Assembly: GCF_006345805.1 (NCBI RefSeq)
Contig: NC_043020.1
Location: 14,508,001-14,572,000, forward strand
Source: Octopus sinensis
Taxonomy: Eukaryota
Length of the DNA: 64,000 bases
Direction: 5' to 3'
Below the pieces are notes generated by a model. That model had not been told where the DNA came from. It was given only the letters and a program-made list of their open reading frames with translations, and ran no database searches. This document shows, one piece after another, positions 1 to 12,900 of the stretch. Each line of letters starts with the position of its first letter. The first letter of the stretch is position 1. A program made the position numbers and the translations under genes.

Positions 1-372
1 TTAGAATATTTGGGCCTGATACGGCCAGTTTGAATGCTAAAGGTTTAAACAATCTGGACAATTACTGTTCTAGTATTGTGATAGCAACATCACAAATCCC
101 ATAACTACAATTTGCACTTCTACTAGACCAGTGATGGTCACTGGTTGCTGTGGTGGTGAGGTGACACTTGGGAATCCAGCCAGAAAGTGTAACGAAGGCC
201 ACTTCTGAAATGATACTATGGAGGAGTTGCCTTAGGACTCTACCCACTCGACCCTCCTGAGAATAATGGGCAGAGAAGGCGGATGGATGGAATTTTCACA
301 CATTGAATATATTTACAAATACAGGATAGACTTCAAAGATATATTGAGTGATGTGACATGTAATTAATACTC

Positions 373-588
373 AATCATCATCATCATTGTTCGACCGTGG
401 TCGAGACAATGGAATTTACCATGCTACGCCAGACTTCACGGTCCATCATGGCATTACGGAGGTCCTGTTGCTGGATGCCTGTATCCCTGGAGATTACATC
501 AGGGTAGGAGAGTGTGCGCCCTCTGGTATTGTGAGTAGATGGCTTCCAGAGGAGAAGAGTAGAAATTGTCTCATTTTCAGCTCAAAAT
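373..588 (-). mobile_element. RTE-clade LINE 3' end
   Basis: Minus-strand translation LLLWKPSTHNTRGRTLSYPDVISRDTGIQQQDLRNAMMDREVWRSMV followed by a (TGA)n tail. Confidence 0.75.
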
Positions 589-700
589 CATCATCATCAT
601 CATGTAATGTCCACTTTCCATGCTGGCATGGGTTGGACAGTTTGCCAGGAGCTGGCCAGGCAGAAGACTGCACCGGACTTCTAAATTATGATGGAAGTTA

Positions 701-987
701 GTGGAGGCACATGGCCTAGTGGTTAGAGCAGTCTGAGATTCGACCGCAGGTTCGAATCTCAGACCGGGCGATGTGTGTGTATATGAGCGAAACACCTAAG
801 CTCCACGCAGCTCTGGCAGAAGGTAATGGCGAACTTCTGCTGACTCTTTCGCCACAACTTTCTCCCACTCTTTCCTCCTGCATCTTGCAGCTCACCTGCG
901 ATGGACCGGCGTCCCGTCCAGGTGGGGAACCTATACGCCAAGGAAACCGGCCCTAATGAGCCAGGCATGACTTGAAAAGGAACAAAC
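701..987 (+). mobile_element. tRNA-derived SINE (family B)
   Basis: A box TGGCCTAGTGG, B box GGTTCGAATCT; 13-bp TSD atgatggaagtta at 688-700 and 988-1000. Confidence 0.9.
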
Positions 988-1039
988 ATGATGGAAGTTA
1001 TATATGACATGTGTGCAACATACAGCATATCTTCTATCG

Positions 1040-1430
1040 TTTACTTGTTTCAGTTATTAGACTGTGGCCATGCTGCAGCACAGCCTTGAAGAATTTCTAC
1101 TCGACTGAATCGACCACAGTACTTAATTTTTTTTAAAGCCTGGTACTTATTCTCTTGATCTCTTTTGCCGAGCCGCTATGTTATGAGGACGTAAACACAC
1201 TGACACCAGTTGTCAAGCAGTGGGGGTGGTGTGGACACACACACACAGACACAAACATACACACACATAAGATGGGCTTTTTACAGCTTCCATCTACCAA
1301 ATCCATTCACAAGGCTTTGGTCAGCCTAAGGCTGTAGTAGAAGGCATTTGACCAAGGTGCCATGCAGTGGGACTGAACCCACAACCATGTGGCTGCGAAG
1401 CAAGCTTCTTACCACACAGCCATGCTTGTA
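1040..1430 (-). mobile_element. tRNA-derived SINE (family A, Octopus OK/OR-like)
   Basis: Head ggctgtgtggtaag...ggttcagtccc on the minus strand; (CA)n core; shared with ~18 other copies. Confidence 0.85.
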
Positions 1431-1611
1431 TCAGATAAAAGTTACGCATATAATAGTGTATCATATATTATATGACCAAAGCATATGTGAGTACAGCTGA
1501 CATTGATGAGAATAACATGGAATTAGACAGAGCAGAATATACCTAAAATAAATGCCCAAGAGAAATTTACATTGAATTACAGTGCTGGGTTTAGTTATTT
1601 TGTAACTATCA

Positions 1612-1758
<147 letters not shown>

Positions 1759-2142
1759 CTACACAGCGAAAGCAATATATATATATAAAATTTACATATA
1801 TACATGTTATATACAGTTACATAATTTCAACCTATATACACCAATATTATATTATTGTATACTGTTTAAATATATACATCAGTGGTATATGATTTCCCTC
1901 TGCTCCATCTAAATATACACAATATTGTAGATACTATTTCTACACCATCTATCTTTATATATGTGAAGTCATTCACTTGTGAATTTCATCACACACAACA
2001 TCGACCGAATTTCTTCTTAAGAAAAAATATATATTCAAATAAATTAAACATAATATCACGAATAGCGATAGCGAAACCGGTGGATATATTAAAAATTATA
2101 TTAAAACCATGTAAGTGTGAGTATTTTCCTTTTTTAATTTCT

Positions 2143-2202
<60 letters not shown>

Positions 2203-2259
2203 TATATATTAATAATTAGCAGAAGTGACTCAATGGCTCAAGATCCGAGAGTTTCATGC

Positions 2260-2301
<42 letters not shown>

Positions 2302-2651
2302 TAATTCCACTCTACACCATATATATATATATAATATTATGTAGGTAGGCAGGATAAATCCCAGCTGTTTCCTATGTGTGTATAACTCTCTCTTCTTTTT
2401 CTTTACTTTTCCATTTGCTTTCTCTTCTTTCCTCCAACTATCTATGCTACTCCTGAATATTGGCTATATATAAATGCTTCAGCCAAACATAAATTTTGCA
2501 TTATTTAATTGTGTCTGAAGAATTTCTGATAGGAAATCTCTTACATGCTTACCTAACATGTAAATCTTTGTAATTCCTCTTAGCAAATGAAGCATATGCA
2601 AGGGTGAATAAATAAAGCCAAAAAATTTTCCAATTTCCTGTGATTTTACAT

Positions 2652-2822
2652 ATCATCATCATCATCGTTTAATGTCTACTTTCCATGCTAGCATGGGTTG
2701 GATGAATGACTGAGGACTGGTGAACCAGATGGCTACACCAAGCTTCAATCTTGATCTGGCAGAGTTTCTACAGCTGGATGCCCTTCCTAACGCCAACCAC
2801 TCAGTGGGTACTTTTACGTGCC
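2652..2822 (-). mobile_element. RTE-tailed retroposon (family D), 3' part
   Basis: (CAT)n tail plus ggatgcccttcctaacgccaacc motif. Confidence 0.8.
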
Positions 2823-3103
2823 ATATATAATGTATAGATATATATGCACACACATACAGATACACACCAATGCTATATATATTTCACTCTATATCACTAC
2901 AAATATAGCACATACCATTATTACCCCCATACCACCCACCTAGCATCTCATGCCATTAATTCAACATAATGTATTATCAGATCCAAACTCAGCCTCTTCT
3001 GTACACTGCAGTATATAACCCTCCCATTCAATCTGTCTCTTCCATTCAGCTAACCCCTAAAATCACTCATGCACTGCACCAGTTACAATTAAATTTTACT
3101 AAC

Positions 3104-3238
3104 CTGCTGTTTGTATCTTCCCATCCTCAAGTTGCCGACTCCTTCAATTGCTTGTTTAACGTGGGTCTGTTTAAATGCTTCAACATATATGTAGCCCTTC
3201 AAACCTTCTTTGGCAATTACTGACTTTATTTGTAAAGG
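3104..3238 (-). CDS. SUPT5H: SPT5 coding exon 7 ([45 protein letters not shown])
   Basis: tttcag| acceptor; |gttagt donor; GYIYVEA NGN motif; 135 nt. Confidence 0.97.
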
Positions 3239-3429
3239 CTGAAACACAAATACATGGTAGAACATCTCAAAACAGGATTATCATCATCATAAAGGTGGCG
3301 AACTGGTAAAACCATTAGCATGCTAGGCAAACTGTTTAGCAGCATTTCATCCATCTTTACATTCAGAGTTCAAATTCTGCCGAGGTCTGCTGTGCCTTTC
3401 CTCTTTTAGGAGTCAATAAAATAAGTACC

Positions 3430-3665
3430 TATTTCTTTACTACCCACAAGGGGCTAAACACAGAAGGGACGAACAAGGACAGACAAACGGATTAAGTCGA
3501 TTATATCGACCCCAGTGCGTAGCTGGTACTTATTTAATCGACCCCGAAAGGATGAAAGGCAAAGTTGACCTTGGCGGAATTTGAACTCAGAATGTAGCGG
3601 CAGACGAAATACCACTAAGCATTTCGCCCGGCGTGCTTAACATTTCTGCCAGCTCGCAGCCTTAA
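3430..3665 (-). mobile_element. SINE family C nested in an older plus-strand copy of the same family (3293-3750)
   Basis: 15-bp TSD aataaaataagtacc at 3415-3429 and 3666-3680. Confidence 0.85.
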
Positions 3666-4386
3666 AATAAAATAAGTACCAGTTGAACACTGGGGTCAAT
3701 GTAATCGACTTGACCCTTCCCAAAAAACTGCTGGCCTTGTGCCAAAATTTGAAACCATTATTATTCAGTTGTCTTATTTTTATCACGTGCTTTTACTGCA
3801 CAACCAAGCGCAGCTCTGTATGCCTTGGGTATGTGCTGTGGTTTGCTTTGACGCTCTTATTTTTACTGTATTGAAAGTGTTTTTGCGTAGGATGTGTGCA
3901 GTGCCTAGTAGTGCAATTTTCTGTATGTTATATATACATTGCTCTAGTCCACTCAGCTAGCAAAAGTGAGTAATCCTGCAACTGACTGGCATCCCCTCTA
4001 GTTGACAATACATACACCACAGCATCCAAGAAACCAGCATTATGAGCCAATGCCTTGGGAAGGGCCTTTGATCCTTATCGTTTTGATTATTAGGGCAGTG
4101 GATTGGCAATTATTATTATTATTGTTTTTCTTTACTACGAAACACAAGGCTAATATTTGCAGGGAAAGGATGTGTAATTGATGGTAAAGTAAAAATGATC
4201 ATGTATTTGTTGTAACTGATGATGCTGCCTCAATATATAACTGGTACTTAGGTTATTGGCTCCAAAAGAGTTAATGCTAGTCAACTTCAACAGAAATTAA
4301 ATTCCAAACAAAATCAAATGAAGCTAAACACTGTAAATCATTTAATCCAAAACTGTAAATCTAAATCAGTTAATCCAATACCTGTA

Positions 4387-4545
4387 GATGCAGGTGTGGC
4401 TGTGTGGTTATGAAGCAGGCTTTGCAACCTCAAGGTTTTCGGTTCAGTTTCACAGAATGGCAGCTTGAGCCAATGTCTTTTACCATAGTCCTGGGCTGAC
4501 CAAAGCCTTGTGAGTGAATTTGGAATGCAGAAACTATAAAGAAAT
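4387..4545 (+). mobile_element. SINE family A, truncated
   Basis: tRNA-like head ggtgtggctgtgtggtt...ggttcagtttc. Confidence 0.7.
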
Positions 4546-5180
4546 TAGCTGTGTACAAATGCATTATTTGTAAACAAACATCGCCACCATACAAATGTTG
4601 TTTGTTTACAATCTTGTTTATCAAAACAATGCTTTCTGCCATAAGTATGGGACCTCAGATACATCTTACACCTATCACAGAATACAATCCATGACTCAAC
4701 AGCAAGTAATATGGGTCCAGTGTTGCACTGCTTCTTTCTGTTTTAACCCTCTAGCAACACCTGGGCCAATTGATCGGCCCAAGTGATACAAGTTGAAAAG
4801 ACTTTGAGGTCAATCCATCGGCTTGTAAAGTGTAATAGCTTATCAGAGATCATTTTTCAGCAGATATAATATAAAACTATACAATGTATATAATTTTACA
4901 TATCCTTTGTTTTCTACATGCACCCATCAATTTTGGTCTCAACATAAAAAGAAACTTTAGTCTTTTTTGGTTACACATACCAAAACACCAGGAGTCTCAG
5001 AGGGTTAAATAACATTTATGTTATAAAGCAATGTAGGAATAGAAATAATAAAAATGTAAGAAAGAAAAAGAATTTTGTGGCATTCATCCTTATTCTTAAA
5101 GGCACTGGATTTTGTAAAAGTAGTGAAATAGTGCAGAGGAATAATATCATCTCTCTACCAGTCAGTAACAATCAATTTAA

Positions 5181-5976
5181 CCCTTTAGCATTCAGATTAT
5201 TCTGTAAAATGTAAAGCTTATGTATTTTTTTGATTCGACGGTCATTCGGAATGCTCACAGCAGCCATATTCCTACCGCTCTATGTCATGCTGGTGAGACC
5301 CATATTGGAGTACGAGATTCAAGCCTCTTCTCCTTATCTCCTCAAAGACATACATCATCTCGAAAGAGTCCAGAAGCTGGCTACCCGCATGTTTCTTGGT
5401 CTCAAGCATTTGTCTTATGAAGAAAGGCTGAAGACGCTCGACCTTTATTCTCTAGAAAAACGACGACGCCGTGGTGATCTCATTCTTGCTCACAACATCA
5501 TAAGTGGAAAGTGTAACCTCTTGAAAGAGCTGTTCTTCACTCCTGCTCCAGAACGTCGGCTGCGGGGTCACTCCGAAAAGCTCTATCTGTGACGATTTCA
5601 TCTCAATCGAAGGAGAGGGGCTTTCTCCGTCCAGGTTGCGAATCCGTGGAATAAGCTGCTGGACGAGATAGTGAAGATGCCGACGACTGCTCGGTTCAAA
5701 GTCTCCCTTGACCAGAAATGGCCCGAACTCTTTGCATGAACACCACCCTGTACATATCTCCATGTCCCCCTACATGGCCTTGCTTTTTGAGCCAAAAAAA
5801 TTAACTTAACTTTACACCATGTAAAATTAATCTTGCATCATTTCATGGCTTTGAGATTTCAATGATGTGATTGTTTATTTTTAAAATGACACAATAAGGT
5901 AGCTATGAATGACCATATCTGGCCAGTTTGAACATAAAATAGGTAGAATATTTTGGCCAGTTTAAACACTAAAGGG
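5181..5976. mobile_element. TTAA-flanked MITE (piggyBac-like), interrupted by a CR1
   Basis: TTAA|CCCTTTAG...CTAAAGGG|TTAA. Confidence 0.75.
5230..5813 (+). mobile_element. CR1-clade LINE, 5'-truncated ORF2 C-terminus plus tail
   Basis: LVRPILEY...LERVQKLATR...SYEERLKTLDLYSLEKRRRRGDLI...RLRGHSEKL; (TTAAC)n tail. Confidence 0.93.
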
Positions 5977-6145
5977 TTAAACAGCTGACTTGTCTGGTCT
6001 AGGGGAAAACATCAATTTTTTACAAAACATTTGAGCAATGGTAACAAAAAGAGTATGTGGCCATACAAGATGTGCCTAAACAAATTTCACCTGACCTGTG
6101 CGAGCGTGAATAAGTAAATGTTAAAACAATGGTAATGATGACGAT

Positions 6146-6460
6146 AGGTGTGGCTGTGTGGCGAGAACTTTGCTTCCCAGGCACTTGGTTCCAGGCTCAG
6201 TCCCACTGCATGGCACGTTGGGTAAGTGCCTTAGGCCAACCAAAACCTGGTGAGTGGACTTGATAGACTGAAAGAAGCCGTTGTGTGTCTTTGATAACTG
6301 GTGTTGGTGTGTTTACATCCCTGTAACAGTTTGGCAAAAGAGACCAACAGAATAAGTACCAGGCTTAAAACATAATTACTGAGGTCATTTCATTTGACTA
6401 AAAATTTTTCAAGGTGGCGCTCCAACATGGCCTCAGTCTAATGACTGAAACAAGTGTAAG
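6146..6460 (+). mobile_element. SINE family A, degenerate
   Basis: Head aggtgtggctgtgtgg; tail ctcagtctaatgactgaaacaagt. Confidence 0.75.
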
Positions 6461-6617
6461 ATGTAAGATACACACACACAACTGACAGCTTTGTCCTCTT
6501 AAATTCACTGACATTTCAGTTGACCTGAGCTGAAAGTGAAATATAATGAAATGAAACCTGGTGTTGGCAAAGTGAACTGCTTACTCATAAACTCATAACC
6601 TGTTCTCATAGGATTAC

Positions 6618-6925
6618 ATCATCATCATCGTTTAACATCCGTTTTCCGTGCTAGCACAGGTTGGACGATTCAGCCGGGGTCTGGGAAGCCAGGTGGCTGC
6701 ACCAGGCTCCAGTCTGATCTGGCAGTGTTTCTACAGCTGGATGCCCTTCCTAACGCCAACCACTCCATGAATGTAGTGGGTGCTCCTTATGTGCCACTGG
6801 CACAGGTGCCAGGGGAGGCTGGCAGCAGCCATTATCGGCTGGTGCTTTTTACGTGCCACCGGCACAGAAGCCAGTCAAGGCGGCACTGGCATCGGCCATG
6901 TTCGAATGGTGCTTTTTACGTACCA
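6618..6925 (-). mobile_element. RTE-tailed retroposon (family D)
   Basis: catcatcatcgtttaacatccg tail plus internal ~60-bp units. Confidence 0.85.
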
Positions 6926-7095
6926 TGAAAACAAATCTTTATTACCTAGCAAGAGAGAGAGAGACATCAAGAATAAGGGCAGAAACAAGTGTACTGCTGT
7001 AGAGGAGATACATGGCTACACAGCGAAAGGGAAGAGCAAGAGAAAAAGAGAGAGAGAGAGAATGGAAGATAGCAAGAGTGCAAACAGGTTCTTAC

Positions 7096-7195
7096 TTCGT
7101 CTGTGAACTGATAAGTGATAAATTTTCTCATCAGCAACACAACCGTGGCCTTTTCCTCTCCCATTCGACATTTCACCACCCACATGTTAGGGTCT
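7096..7195 (-). CDS. SUPT5H: SPT5 coding exon 6 ([33 protein letters not shown]), start of NGN domain
   Basis: ctttag| acceptor; |gtaaga donor; 100 nt. Confidence 0.97.
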
Positions 7196-7775
7196 CTAAA
7201 AGAGGAAAAAAAAAAGGAAGAGTTCAAATACTCATAACTGCAGGGAAACATTTTAATCACAAACGCTATTTAAAACGTGAAAGCTATTTACACATTTAAA
7301 AATCCCTCATTTCAATCCTTGACTACAGAAAAAGCAAATCTATGCAGAATCCGCAATTAAAATTAATTTTACCTTTTAAAATATATTTACTATGGTCACA
7401 TATTATGGTGTCCCCTCCATGTGATTAACTTGAAAAATTAAGATATCAAAAAATATTTTTCTTCACCCTTTACTGTTCAGAATACTCTGTTAAATGTAAT
7501 ACTTATTCACTCAAATGGTTTTGAATTAATCATGCATTATCTTATAGCTTTGAGGTTTCAATGATGTGAGTGTTTATTTTTAGAATGTCAATGTAGGTTA
7601 GGTGTGAGAGGCTAGATATGGCCAGTTTGAATATAAAATATGTAGAATATATTGGGCCAGATATGGCCGGTTTAAACACTAAAGGGTTAACATGAAACCA
7701 ATGGTAGCCTTAATACATAAACAAATTGTATCCATCAATGTGGTGTTAAGCACTCATTCTCATTCGACAGTTATA

Positions 7776-8171
7776 TCTTTATATATAAAAGTGAGGCTGT
7801 GTGCTGTCTGTCTCCTACGATTTAGATTCCTAACTACTCCCACATTTTGTGGTGCAGTTTAACCAAAACCGGGTATCTTATAGTCATGATTCATATCGAG
7901 CCCTTCTGTGTATTAGCGCACGTCTACGATGAGTCTACAATTTTAAAAATATTTACCATAAATTTTTCCCATTTTTAATGCATTTTTGGCATATATAAGG
8001 GAAATAACTCTCTAAAAATTTATTATTAAATCACAGAACGTAAAAAGCTACAGTAACATCCCCCCCTTTGTGGTTAGCCATATTGAGATGGCTATTATAC
8101 TTTACATCTCTAAAAATGCTTATATAGTTATTTCCCTTACAAACCCGAGCAACGCCGGGCGATACTGCTAG
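7776..8171 (+). mobile_element. Non-autonomous Helitron
   Basis: A|TC 5' end; 3' hairpin cccgagcaacgccggg followed by CTAG|T; same family as the 45759 array. Confidence 0.85.
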
Positions 8172-8193
8172 TATATGTATAAAACTGAGTTAT

Positions 8194-8581
8194 AGTGGAG
8201 GCGCAATGGCCCAGTGGTTAGGGCAGCGGACTCGCGGTCATAGGATCGCGGTTTCGATTCCCAGACCGGGCGTTGTGAGTGTTTATTGAGCGAAAACACC
8301 TAAAAATCTCCACGAGGCTCCGGCAGGGGATGGTGGTGATCCCTGCTGTACTCTTTCACCACGACTTTCTCTCACTCTTACTTCCTGTTTCTGTTGTACC
8401 TGTATTTCAAGGGACCGGCCTTGTCACTCTCTGTGTCACGCTGAATATCCCCGAGAACAACGTTAAGGGTGCACGTGTCTGTGGAGTGCTCAGCCACTTA
8501 CACGTTAATTTCACGAGCAGGCTGTTCCGTTGATTCGGATCAACCGGAACCCTCGTCGTCGTAACCGACGGAGTGCTTCCT
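8194..8581 (+). mobile_element. tRNA-derived SINE (family B-related)
   Basis: A and B boxes; 14-bp TSD taaaactgagttat at 8180-8193 and 8582-8595. Confidence 0.88.
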
Positions 8582-8887
8582 TAAAACTGAGTTATTATCA
8601 ATCCAAGCAAAATACTTTATAAGCTCTCTGTTAGTATACCAGGCTCACAATACTGTTTAGATTAGTAAAGAACTCTGTATAATTTTGTGGCAGGTTCCAA
8701 GGTTACGGTTAATCACCATTCTATAATATAAATCCACAGCCATGTTCCAGTTATACTGGTTTTTACACAGTGTGATATACAAGACAAGGCATCAATAACG
8801 GTCATTACATTTTCTTTATTGTAGTACTACAATAAAGAAAAATATGTAATGACTGTTATTTATGCCTTGCTTTTATATATATATATA

Positions 8888-9173
8888 TGGAGGCACATGG
8901 CCTAGTGGTTAGAGCAGCAAACTCGCGGTCGAGGGATCGTGGGTTCGAATCTCAGACCAGGCGATGTGTGTGTTTATGAGCAAAACACCTAAGGTCCATG
9001 CGGCTCCGGCAGAAGGTAATGGCGAACTTCTGCTGACTCTTTCGCCACAACTTTCTCTCACTCTTTCCTCCTGCACCATGCAGCTTACCTGCGGCAGACC
9101 GGCATCTCATCCAGGTGGGGAACCTATACGCCAAGGAAACCGGCCCTATGAGCCAGGTGTGGCACAATAAGGA

Positions 9174-9175
<2 letters not shown>
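8888..9175 (+). mobile_element. SINE family B
   Basis: Colinear with 701-987. Confidence 0.88.
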
Positions 9176-9205
<30 letters not shown>

Positions 9206-9566
9206 GTATATATTCACTCTTAGCTACTTAGTTTCTCAGCCTATTCAGAGAAACCAAGACTAAGGCCTTTTCTATTAAAAAAATATTCTCAAACTACTTC
9301 ACCACAACTCAATTCTTCAATTTTCATACATCCTCTAATTCAATACATTTATAAACAATGACTGTCTTTCACAGACATGATAAAATTTACGAATGACAAT
9401 TCTCAGTTAACATCAGGGCAATTAGAAAATTTACTGCTGTAAAATAATTTTAGCCAAAAAAAAAAAAAATGTGTTGGTATGTGGGTCTCTTAATAAAAAT
9501 CAGTGAGAAGAGTTTAATAAAGAATGTGAGACAGAGGGGTGGAATGATGCCAAAAGTAATACTTAC

Positions 9567-9698
9567 TTTACTCCAGGTAGCAAACCTTGTTGTGTAATTT
9601 CATCTGACATTTCTTCACCTTCTCCAAAACGTTCTGTGACAGTTGATTCTCCATATTTCTGTCGGTAATATTCCTCAATTTCATCTTCTTTTTCACTG
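9567..9698 (-). CDS. SUPT5H: SPT5 coding exon 5 (SEKEDEIEEYYRQKY...QQGLLPGVK)
   Basis: tag|cag acceptor; |gtaagt donor; 132 nt. Confidence 0.95.
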
Positions 9699-10082
9699 CT
9701 ACATTAAGACAAAAAAGGAAAAAGAAACAGAAAAAATTCAAAGTTAGAAAGAGTATCGAATTTTGCCAAGATAACAGTAAGATGTTTGAATTCTTGGACT
9801 GGATAAGCAAAAGTTTGATCCGTCTGAAACAAATTCTGGGAAATGTTTCTTATTCTGAATAAACCAGGGTGCAATCTTACTGCTGTGACCATGAACTGCA
9901 CTAGGAAGGGGAAATCTAGAAATCTAGCTTTGAAAATTTAGGAGTTAAATTATCTCACTTAAAAATAACAGAACTAAAGTAAATAGCTTTACAGCAGGGA
10001 ATGAAAAAGGATAGACATGAAGAAAATAAGCAAACAAACATTTTTCTTTCTCATTTTTACTTTTATCATCATAAAGTTGATA

Positions 10083-10336
10083 TTATTACAGGACTAGAAA
10101 TACCTATTTCTTTACTACCCACAAGGGGCTAAACATAGAGGGGACAAACAAGGACAGACAAACGGATTAAGTCGATTATATCGACCCCAGTGCGTAACTG
10201 GTACTTAATTTATCGACTCCGAAAGGATGAAAGGCAAAGTCAACCTTGGTGGAATTTGAACTCGGAACGTAACGACAGAGAAAATACGGCTACGCATTTT
10301 GCCCGGCTTGCTAACGTTTCTGCCAGCTCGCCGCCT
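10083..10336 (-). mobile_element. SINE family C
   Basis: Colinear with 3430-3665. Confidence 0.85.
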
Positions 10337-10401
10337 AGAAATATATTTTAGAAAAACAGTCAACTATATATTACATATATTATTACTATATTACATATTA
10401 A

Positions 10402-10622
10402 CTCTTTCACTACCAACCCAGCCAAAACCAGCTCTGGTTCTGTAATACAAATGTCTTCTTTTCATAAATTTTGAATTAAAATCTTCCACCAAACCTTAGT
10501 CACAATTTATGTTCCTAACACTAGCTTAATGATAACTAAGTTATTTTACTAAATTCTTTGTTATATTTAACATAATAGAAAGAAACACAGAGTATCTCAA
10601 AATAAATATGGTAACGAAAAGG
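10402..10622. mobile_element. TTAA-flanked MITE
   Basis: TTAA|CTCTTTC...GAAAAGG|TTAA; same family as 38999-39218. Confidence 0.7.
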
Positions 10623-11087
10623 TTAAGACACAGTAACTGTGAGGTATTGATGTTGCACCATCTAACATCAAACCTTGTTACAATCATGTTTTGTCACAAG
10701 ATAAAACACCATATGGCTTGCCTCATGAGTATCACTTCTATTTCATAGTTGAGTAGTTGGCAGTTAATAATGAAATTATATTATAAACATACTTGCTCCA
10801 ATTCAATGCAAGAGACAATATTACCATACTCTGCATAGTAAAACTAATATAAACAGTAAATAATAATAATTTCTAATACAGACCGATAGCTTCATGTGGA
10901 AGGGGAGTAATAGTCAATTAAATCAAGATTTGTAACTGAATCATATTTATTTCAGTGACTCCAGAAGATGAAAAACTGAGCCAACACGTGGGAATTGAAC
11001 TCAGAATGTAAAGGGACGTAACTCAAAAACGGAAAGGTAAAGTTAGCCTCAGCAGAATTTGAATACATTTCATAGAGCTGGAAGAAA

Positions 11088-11318
11088 TACATATTTCTTT
11101 ACTACCTACAAGGGGCTAAACATAGAGAGGACAAACAAGGATAGACATAGGTATTAAGTCGATTACATCGACCCCAGTGCGTAACTGGTACTTAATTTAT
11201 CGACCCCAAAAGGATGAAAGGCAAAGTCAACCTCGGCGGAATTTGAACTCAGAACGTAACGGCAGACGAAATACCGCTAGGCATTTCGCCCAGCGTGCTA
11301 ACGTTTCTACCAGCTCGT
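11088..11318 (-). mobile_element. SINE family C
   Basis: Colinear with 3430-3665. Confidence 0.85.
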
Positions 11319-11462
11319 CAGTTCGTACAACTAACAATTCTTGGGAGGAAGAATTTCATTGACTGAATCAATCCCAGTACTTGACAGGAAAGGCAAAGCT
11401 GACATAAGCAGGATTTGAGCTCTGAAAACAAAGAGCTGAAACAAGTGCCGCCAAGCATTTAC

Positions 11463-11862
11463 TTATCATCATCATCATCGTTTAACGTCCGTTTTCCATG
11501 CTAGCATGGGTTGGACGGTTCAACTGGAGTCTGGGAAGCCAGAAGGCTGCACCAGGCCCAGTCTGATCTGGCAGTGTTCCTACAGCTCGATGCCCTCCCT
11601 AATGCCAACCACTCCGAGAGTGTAGTAGTTGCTTTTTATGTGCCGCCTGCACGGAGGCCAGGCGAGGCTGGCAAATGGCCATGATCAGATGGTGCTTTTT
11701 ACGTGCCACTGGCATGGGGGCCAGACGAGGCTGGCAATGGCCACAATCGGATGGTGCTTTTTATGTGCCACCGGCACGGAGGCCAGTCTGGGCGGCGCTG
11801 GTAATGGCCACGTTCGGATGGTTCTCTTACGTGCCGCCGGCACTGGTATCACAGCTATTTTC
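11463..11862 (-). mobile_element. RTE-tailed retroposon (family D)
   Basis: (CAT)n tail plus ~60-bp internal repeats. Confidence 0.85.
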
Positions 11863-11899
11863 TAAAAATTCTGCCAAACAATAGCAACAGAAAACCTAC

Positions 11900-12035
11900 T
11901 TCCAAATTTGTTCCAAACGCCTTTTGCCTTCAATGTCACGTGCACTTGGTCCTTCATGAACAGATTTACGGTCAATAATGTCTTCGGCACCTTCCTCCCA
12001 TTCCTCTTCGGATTCCTCACCGTCTTCATCAACAT
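11900..12035 (-). CDS. SUPT5H: SPT5 coding exon 4 (DVDEDGEESEEEWEEGAEDII...RRLEQIW)
   Basis: tttgtag| acceptor; |gtaggt donor; 136 nt. Confidence 0.95.
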
Positions 12036-12299
12036 CTACAAAGAAATAAAAAAGAAAAATATAATTTCGGTAATCTTTTTTTTTTGTTAGTTTTTTATTT
12101 TAGGAACTTTGGAGAGTCAAGAATGAGACAGAGTAATGGTGAACTTAGAAAAATATATTGGAATAGAGACAAATAAGAGAGTATCCTGCTGTTATTCAGA
12201 CTCTCTCAAAATAATTTGCTGACAGTACCTTTCCATTCCCCAGTACATACTTCCATCTTAATTTTTTTACAAGCACCACTCTACCTAGAGAACAACATT

Positions 12300-12900
12300 T
12301 ATATTCAGATTACACCGCGGCACATCTAGCATCGTCTCATGGTACATCAGTTGCTGAGACACTGATTTATTACTCCATTCCATGTGCTTTCCACTTGTTG
12401 CGTGTGGGTACCATCTTTCAAGTTAAGAACCTCAGCACTGTAGTTCACTGTTCTATGTTGAAAATTATAACCATCAGTTCCAGGAATGTGAGAGTAGACC
12501 TTCCACAAGCCGCTGGAAATGGTGGTTTCTGGAAAAATTGACTTCTCTAGCGTGTTGTGATTCCGACATGGCATCGCATAAAGAAAAACATATCTGGTCT
12601 CGTGACACACTCCTCCGAAAACCCATTGCTCAGGTAGCACACCTCCTCGGTTGTATCTCAACAATATTCCCAGGACCACCAATTTGAACTGGGTTGTGGG
12701 GCAAGTCCTCTACATGCCGCAAACATAGCTGTGTTGTGACTCATACCCATTTCTTCAGGGAAAGCACAACAGAAAATATCCGTTTCTCAAAGAAAGAAAA
12801 AACAGTTCAAAATTATGAAAATGAAGTAGTGACAGGACAGCAACAGATGGGTAAAGTACACGCAGTTGGGAAGCAGACTATATATTAGCTTGTTACTATA
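12300..12900 (-). pseudogene. Decayed Merlin/IS1595 (ISXO2-like) DDE transposase
   Basis: ORF 12347-12682 contains QWVFGGV...R...L...I.P.TTI.S..WK.Y...GY...H.TVN.S...GTHTQQVESTW. Confidence 0.75.

Noticed and set aside
701-790. tRNA-like sequences with A and B boxes (also 8194, 8888, 51103 and family A heads)
   Set aside because: They continue into SINE bodies with TSDs and form no complete cloverleaf, so they are SINE heads.
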